Assembly: GCA_009914755.4 (NCBI GenBank)
Contig: CP068257.2
Span: 512,001-576,000 of the forward strand
Source: the human T2T-CHM13v2.0 reference genome, Homo sapiens
DNA: 64,000 bases
Direction: 5' to 3'
Made by a program: the position numbers and the translations under genes. Positions 55,701-64,000 of this stretch are shown piece after piece. The first letter of the stretch is position 1, and every line of letters begins with the position of its first letter. The notes below the pieces were generated by a model. It did not search any database and was not told where the DNA came from. It was given only the letters and a program-made list of their open reading frames with translations.

Positions 55701-58700
55701 ATCTCTGCAGTGATCACGCAGGTGATATAACTCTTGTCTATATCTGCCTACTGGCGGCATTGTGGCATATTTCTGCACTGATCACCCAGGTGATGGACTC
55801 TTGTCTTGGATCTGCCTATGGGGGCATAGTGACACGTCTCTGCAGTGATCACTCATGTGATGTAACGCTTGTCTAAGCTGCGTCTAAAGGGGAGTTGTGA
55901 CAGATATCTCCACTGATTACCCAGGTGATGTAACAAACAATTTTCCGCGATTTCTCTACAGGGCCTTTGTGACATATCTTTGCACTGATAACCCTGGAGA
56001 TGTAACTCTTGTCTAGGCTCGGCCTACAGGGGCTGTGTGACATATTTCTGCACTGATCACCCAGGAGATATAACTCTTGTTTAAGCTCTGCCTACAGGGG
56101 TTTTGTGACATATTTCTGTACTGATCACCCAGGTTATGTAACTCTTGTCTATGCTCCACCTACAGGGGGTATTGTGACGTATCTCTGCACTTCTCACACA
56201 GGTGATGTAACTCTTGTCTAGGCTCCACCTACAGGGTGTATTGTGACATATCTCTGCACTGATCACCCATGTGATGTAATATTTATCTAGGCTCTGCCTA
56301 CTGGGGCGTTTTGACATAGCTCTGCACAGATCACCTGGGTTATGTAACTCTTGTCCACTCTCTGCCTAAAGGGGGCATTGTGAAATATCTCTGCACTGAT
56401 CACCCAGGTGATGGGACTCTTCTCTATACTCTGCCTATAGGGGGATTTGTGACATATATCTGCACGGATCACCCAGGTGATGGAAGTCTTGTCTAGGCTC
56501 TGTCTATGGGGTCATTGTGTCAAATATCTGCACTGATCACCCAGGTGATGTAACTCTTCTCTAGGCTCTGTATACAAGGATTTTTGTGACGTATCACTGC
56601 CCTGATCACCTAGGTGATGTAAGCCTTGTATGGGCTTTGCGTACAGAAGGCTTTGTGACATATCTATGCACTGATCTCTGAGGTGATGCAACTCTTGTCT
56701 AGGCACTGCCTACAGGGGACATTGGTACATATCTCTGCAGTGATCACCCAGGTGATGGACTCTTGTCTTAGATCTGCCTACATGGACATTTTGACACATC
56801 TCTGACCTGATCAACCAAGTGATGAAACTCTTGCCTAGGCTCTGCCTAAATGGGCTTTGTGACACATCTCTGAACTGTTCACCCTGGGGAGGGAACTCTA
56901 GTCTACGCTCTGCCTACAGGAGGCATTGTGAAATATCTCTGCACTGATCACCCAGGTGATGGGACTCTTCTTTATCCTCTGCCTATAGGGGGATTTGTGA
57001 CATATATCTGCACAGATCACCCAGGTGATGGAAGTCTTGTCTAGGCTCTGTCTATGGGAGCATTATGTCAAATATCTGCACTGATCACCCAGGTGATGTA
57101 ACTCTTGTCTAGGCTCTGTCTACAGGGATTTTTCTGACACATCACTGCCCTGATCACCTAGGTGATGTAAGCCGTGTATGGGCTTTGCGTACAGAAGGCT
57201 TTGTGACATATCTATGCACTGATCTCTGAGGTGATGCAACTCTTGTCTAGTCACTGCCTATAGAGGACATTGGTACATATCTCTGCAGTGATCACCCAGG
57301 TGATGGACTCTTGTCTTAGATCTGCCTACATGGACATTTTGACACATCTCTGACCTGATCAACCAAGTGATGAAACTCTTGCCTAGGCTCTGCCTAAATG
57401 GGCTTTGTGACACATCTCTGAACTGTTCACCCTGGGGAGGGAACTCTAGTCTACGCTCTGCCTACAGGGGGCATTGTGAAATATCTCTGCACTGATCACC
57501 CAGGTGATGGGACTCTTCTTTATACTCTGCCTAGAGGGGGATTTGTGACATATATCTGCACGGATCACCCAGGTGATGGAAGTCTTGTCTAGGCTCTGTC
57601 TATGGGAGCATTATGTCAAATATCTGCACTGATCACCCAGGTGATGTAACTCTTGTCTAGGCTCTGTCTACAGGGATTTTTCTGACACATCACTGCCCTG
57701 ATCACCTAGGTGATGTAAGCCGTGTATGGGCTTTGCGTACAGAAGGCTTTGTGACATATCTATGCACTGATCTCTGAGGTGATGCAACTCTTGTCTAGTC
57801 ACTGCCTACAGAGGACATTGGTACATATCTCTGCAGTGATCACCCAGGTGATGGACTCTTGTCTTAGATCTGCCTACATGGACATTTTGACACATCTCTG
57901 ACCTGATCAACCAAGTGATGAAACTCTTGCCTAGGCTCTGCCTAAATGGGCTTTGTGACACATCTCTGAACTGTTCACCCTGGGGAGGGAACTCTAGTCT
58001 ACGCTCTGCCTACAGGAGGCTTTTTGAGTTATACCTGCACTGATCATCTAGGTGATGTAACACTGGTCTAGAGTCTCCCTTCACTGGAATCCTCACATAT
58101 CTCTGCACTGATCACCCAGTTGATGTAACTCATTTCTAGATTCAGACTACAGGAGTGTTTTGACATATCTCTGCACTGATCAACCAGTTGATGTAACCCT
58201 TGACTAAGCTCTGCCTACAGGGGCATTGTGAAAGATCTCTCCACTGCTCACCCAGGTGATGTAACAATTGTCTGGGCTTTGCCTACAGGGGGCTTTGTGA
58301 TATACATTTCCACTGATCAAACAGGTGATGTAACCCTTGGCAAATATCTGCTTACAGGGGTATTGTGAAATAACTCTGCACTGATCAACTAGGGGATGTA
58401 ACTCTTGTCTAGGCTATCCCTACATGGGTGTTTTCACATATCCCTGAACTGATGAGAAAGATGATGTAACTCTTGCCTAGGCTTTGCCTACAGGGGATAT
58501 TGTGACATATCTCTGCACTGATCTCCCAGGTGATGCAACTCTACTCTATGCTCTGCCTACAGGGGACATAGTGACATATCTCTGCACTGATCACCCAGGT
58601 GATGGGACTTTTGTCTAGGCTCTGCCTATGGGTGCATTGTGACATATCTCTACACTGATCACTCTGGTGATGTAACTCTTGTGTTGGATCTGCCTATGGG

Positions 58701-61700
58701 GGCATTGTGACATATTTCTGCACTGATCACCCAAGTGATGGGACTCTTATCTAGGCTCTGTGTATGGGTGCTTTGTGACATATGTCTGCACTGATCACCA
58801 AGGTGATGTAACGCTAGACTAGGCTCCGCCTACGAGGCATAGTGACAATCACCGCATTGATCACCGAGGTGATGTAACGCTTGTCCAGGCTCTGCCTATA
58901 CGGCGCCTTGTGACATATCTCTGCAGTGATCATGGAGGTAATGTAACTCTTGCTTGTGCTCTGACTGCAGGGCAGAGATATTGTCAAATATTTCTGCAAT
59001 GATCACCCAGGTGATGGGACTCTTCTCTAGGCTCTGCCTACTGGGGGCATTGTCACATGTTTCTGCACTGATCACCCAGGTGACGGACTCTTGTCTTGGA
59101 TTTGCCTATGGGGGCATTGTGACATATCTCTGCACTGATCACCCAGGTGATGTAACTCTGGTCCAAGATCTGCCTAGAGGGGCATTGTGACAGATCTCTG
59201 CACTGATCACTCAGGTGATGCAACACTTGTCTATGCTCTGCTCATAAGGGCCTTGCACATATCTCTGCACTGATCACCCAGGTGATGTAACTGTTGTCTA
59301 GGCTCTGCTTACAAAGGGTATTGTGACATATCTCTGCACTGATCACCTAAGTGATGTAACACTTGTGTAGGCTCTGCCTACAGGGGCATTCTAACATATC
59401 TCTGCATTGTTAACCGAGGTGATGTAACCGTTGTCTAGGCTGTGCCCACAGGGGTATTGAGACATATCTCTGCACTGATCCCGAGGTGATCCAACTCTTT
59501 CCTGGTGTCTGCCTACTGGGGATATTGTGAAATGTCTCTGCACTGATCTCCCAGGTGCTGTAACCTTAGTCTAGGCTCCAGCTACACGGCATTGTGACAT
59601 ATCACTGCACTGATCACCCACGTGATATAACTCTTGTCTAGGCTCTGCCTACAGGGGCTTGTGAAATATCTCTGCACTGATCACCCAGGTGATATAACTC
59701 TTCTCTAGGATCTGCCTACAGGGTGCTTTGTGACATATCCCTGCAATGATCACCCAGGTGATATACCACTTGTCAAGGCTCTGCCTACAGGGGCTTTGCG
59801 ATGTATCTCTGCACTGATAACCTAGGTCATGTAACGCTTGTCTAGGCTCTGCCTACAGTGGCATTGGGACTTATCTCAGCAATGATCATCCAAGTGATGT
59901 ATCTCTTGTCTAGGATGTGCCTAAAGGGACTTTGTGACATAACTCTGCACTGATCATCCAGGTGATGGGGCTTTTGTCTAGGCTCTGCCTAAGGGGGCAT
60001 TGTGACATATTTCTGCATTGATCACCCAGGTGACAGACAATTGTCTTTGATATGCCTATGGGGGCATTGTTACATATCTCTGCACTGATCACCCAGGTGA
60101 TGTAACAGTTGTATAAGCTCTGCCTACAGGGGAATTGTGAGAGATCTCGCCACTGATCACCCAAGTGATGTAACTATTGTCTAGGCTTTGCCTACATGGG
60201 GCTTTGTGACATACCTTTGCACTGATCACCCAGGTGACGTAACTCATCTAAGTTCTGCCTACGGGAGCTTTGTGACATATTTCTGCACTGATCACTTAGG
60301 TGATGTAACACTTTAATAAGCATTGCCTACAGGGAATTTTGACAAATCTCCGCACTGATCACCTAGGTGATGTAACTCTTGTCTACCCTCTGCCCAAAGG
60401 GGGCATTGTGAAATATCTCTGCACTGATCACCCAGGTGATTCAACTCTTGTCTAGGATCTGCCTACATGGGTTATTGTGAAATATCTCTGCACTGATGAA
60501 CTAGGTGATGTTACTCTTGTCTAGGCTCTGCCTACAGGGGCGTTTTCACATATCCCTGAAGTGATGACAAAGGTGATGTAACTCTTGCCTGGCCTTTGCC
60601 TACAGGGGACATTGTGACATATCTCTGCACTAATCACCCAGGTGATGCAACTCTTCTCTATGCTCTGTCTACAGGGGACATTGTGACATATCTCTTAACT
60701 GATCACCCAGGTGATGCAACTCTTCTCTAAGCTCTGCCTACAGGGTGCACTGTGACGTATCTCTGCACTGATCACCCAGATGATGTAACTCTTTTCTAGT
60801 CTCTGCCTACGGAAGGCGTTGTAACATCACTCTGCACGGATCACCCGGGTTATGTAACTCTTGTCTAGGCTCTGCCTTTGGGGGCATTGTGACTTATCTC
60901 TGCACTGATAACGCAGGAGATGTGACACTTGTCTAAGCTCTGCTGAGAGGCACATTGGGACATGTCCCTGCAGTGATTGCTGAGGTGATCTAAAAGTTGT
61001 CTAGGCTTTACCTACAGTGGGATTTATGACATATCTCTGCACTGATCACCCAGGTGATGTAACTCTTTTCTAGGCTCTGCTAACAGGGGCCTTTTCACAT
61101 ATCACTGCACTGATCACCGAGATGATGTAACTCTTGTATAGGTTTCGCCGACTGGGGGCATTGAGACATATCTCTGTGCTGACCACCGAGGTGATGTAAC
61201 TCTTGTCTGGGATCTGCTTACAGGGGTCATTGTGACATATCTCTTCCCTGATCACCCAGGTGATGTAACGCTTGTCTAGGCTCTGCCTCCTGGAAATATT
61301 GTGACATATCTCCGCAGTGATCACTCAGGTGATGTCACTTTTGTGAAGGATATGGCTACAGGGACATTGTGACATGTCTCTGCACTGATCACACAGCTGA
61401 TGTAATTCTTGTCTAGGCTCTGGCTACAGGGGGCTTATGACACATCCCTAAACTGATCACCCAGGTAATGTAACCATAGTCTAGGCTCTGCCAAAAGGGG
61501 GCATTGTGACATAACTCTGCACTGATCACCCAGGTGATGGGACTCTTGTCTAGGCTCTGCCTACAGGGGCATTGTGACATATCTCTGCACTGATCAAGCG
61601 GGTGATGTAACTCTTGTCTATATCTGCCTACTGGCGGCATTGTGGCATATTTGTGCACTGATCACCCAGATGATGGACTCTTGTCTTGGATCTGCCTATG

Positions 61701-64000
61701 GGGGCATAGTGACATATCTCTGCACTGATCACTCATGTGATGTAATGCTTGTCTAAGGTGCGCCTAAAGGGGAAATGGAACAGATATCTCCACTGACCAC
61801 CCAGGTGAGGTAACAATTTTCTGGGATTGTCTACAGGGGGCTTTGTGACATATATTTGAACAGATCACCCAGGAGATGTGACTCTTGTCTAGGCTCGGCC
61901 TACAGGGGCTTTGTGACATATTTCTGCACTGATCACCTAGGTGATGTAACTATTGTCTGGGCTCCAACTACAGGAGGTATTGTGACGTATCTCTGCACTG
62001 ATCACACAGGTGATGTAACTCTTGTCTAGGCTCCACCTACAGGGTGTATTGAGACGTATCGCTACACTGATCACCCAGGTGATGTAACATTTATATAGGC
62101 TCTGCCTACTGGGGCGTTTTGACATAGCTCTGCACAGATCACATAGGTTATGTAACTCTTGTCCACTCTCTGCCTACAGGAGGCATTGTGAAATATCTCT
62201 GCACTGATCACCCAGGTGATGGGACTTTTCTCTATACTCTGCCTAGAGGTGGATTTGTGACATATCTCTGCACTGATCACCCAGGTGATGGAAGTCTTCC
62301 CTAGGCTCTGTCTATGGGGGCATTGTATCAAATATCTGCACTGATCCCCCAGGTGTTGTAACTCTTGTCTAGGCTCTGTCTACAGGGATTTTTGTGACAT
62401 ATCACTGCACTCATCACCTAGGTGATGTAAGCCTTGTATGGGCTTTGCCTACAGAAGGCTTTGTGACATATCTATGAACTGACCTCTGAGGTGATGCAAC
62501 TCTTGTCTAGGCACTGCCTACAGGGGACATTGGTACATCTCTCTGCACTGATCACCCAGGTGATGGACTCTTGTCTTATATCTGCCTACATGGACATTGT
62601 GGCACATCTCTGAACAGATCGAGCAAGTGATGAAACTCTTGTCTAGGCTCTGCCTATGGGGGCTTTGAGTACACATCTCTGTACTGATCACCCTGGGGAG
62701 GGAACTCTTGTCTACTCTCTGCCTACAAGAGGCTTTACGAATTATACCTGCTCTGGTAACCTAGGTGATGTAACACTTGTCTAGGCTCTGTCTACACGGG
62801 AATTCTCACATGTCTCTGCAATGATCACCCGGGTGATGGAACTCCTGTCTAGGTTCAGCCTACAGGAGGGTTTTGACATATCTCTGCACTGATCACCCAG
62901 GTGACATAACTCTTCTCTACGATCTGCCTACAGGGTGCTTTGTGACATATCCCTGCACTGATCACCCAGGTGATCTAACACTGGTCTAAGCTCTGCCTAA
63001 AGGGGCATTGTGACAGATCTCTGCACTGATCACTCAGGTGATGTAACTATTGTCTAGGCTCTGCTTAAAGAGGCCTTGTCACATATCTCTGCACTGGTCA
63101 CCCAGGTGATGTAACTCTTGTCTAGGCTCTGCTTCCAGGGCATATTGTGACATATCTATGCACTGATCACCTTAGTGATGTAACCCTTGTGTACGCTCGG
63201 CCTACAGGGGAATCTTGACCTATCTCTGCACTGTTAACCGAGGTGATTTAACTCTTGTCTAGGCTGTGCCCACAGGGGGATTGAGACATATCTCTGCACT
63301 GATCCCGAAGTGATCCAACTCTTGCCTGGTCTCTGCCTACTAGGGACATTGTGACATATCTCTGCACTGATCTCCCAGGTGCTGTAACTTTAGTCTAGGC
63401 TCTGGCTACACGGCATTGTGACATATCTCTGCACTGATCACCCACGTCATGTAACTCTTGCCTAGGCTCTGTCTACAATGGTCTTGTGACATATCTCTGC
63501 ACTGATCACCCAGGTGATATAACTGTTCTCTAGCATCTGACCACAGGGTGTTTTGTGACTTATCCCTGCAATGATCACCCAGGTGATATACCACTTGCCA
63601 AGGCTCTGCCTACAGGGGCATTGCAATGTATCTCTGCACTGATCACCTAGGTCTTGTAACTCTTTTCTAGGATCTGCCTACAGGGTGCTTTGTGACGTAT
63701 CCCAGCAAGGATTACCCAGGTGCTGTACCTCTCATCAAGGCTCTGCCTTCAGGCACATTGCGATGTATCTCTGCACTGATCACCTAGGTCATGTAACTTT
63801 TGTCTACGCTCTGCCTACGATGGCATTGTGACATATCTCTGAACTAATCATCCAAGTGATGTAACCCTTGTCTAGGATATGCCTAAATTAACTTTGTGAC
63901 ATAACCCTGTAGTGATCATCCAGGTGATGGGGCTTCTGTCTAGGCTCTGCCTAAGGGGGCATTGTGACATATTTCTGCATTGATCACCCAGGTGGCGAAC
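52766..64000. repeat. Beta-satellite (11.2 kb). It contains the post-unit flank of unit 6, a local 3 x 545-bp amplification, a pre-flank/post-flank junction with no unit, and a return to the same 29-mer higher-order repeat seen at the window start.
   Basis: 68-bp GATC monomers throughout. 62880-64000 is collinear with 1-1120. Confidence 0.9.
56375..58010. repeat. Three tandem copies of an 8-monomer (about 545 bp) beta-satellite block. Copies 2 and 3 are nearly identical.
   Basis: The stretch from ctgcctacaggaggcattgtgaaatatctctgcactgatcacccaggtgatgggactcttct to gaactgttcaccctggggagggaactctagtctacgctctgcctacag recurs starting at about 56375, 56920 and 57465. Confidence 0.8.

Overview
This window is primate (almost certainly human) heterochromatic satellite DNA, not a prokaryotic or gene-dense region. 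About 47 kb is beta-satellite, made of 68-bp Sau3A/GATC-containing monomers (roughly ctgcactgatcacccaggtgatgtaactcttgtctaggctctgcctacaggggcattgtgacatatct) organised into higher-order repeats. Six GC/CpG-rich blocks of about 2.75 kb are embedded in it at identical junctions. Each block is a D4Z4-like ('3.3-kb repeat family') unit carrying a DUX4-like double-homeobox reading frame on the minus strand. All six copies have disabling mutations, so I call them pseudogenes. The unit 3 copy is the exception: it is open from its ATG to within 11 codons of the natural stop, apart from a single TAG nonsense codon. A young AluY sits in the beta-satellite between units 1 and 2, with a roughly 31-nt poly-A tail and a perfect 14-bp target-site duplication. 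This layout, with D4Z4-like units separated by kilobases of beta-satellite, is typical of acrocentric short arms and pericentromeric heterochromatin. It is unlike the contiguous 4q35/10q26 D4Z4 arrays. I cannot assign the chromosome from sequence alone. The dozens of 60-140 aa ORFs in the satellite, and the long plus-strand ORFs in the GC-rich units, are artefacts of repetitive or GC-rich sequence. I found no prokaryotic defence system, CRISPR array, rRNA or tRNA. The interesting biology here is how the repeat array is built and how its copies have decayed.
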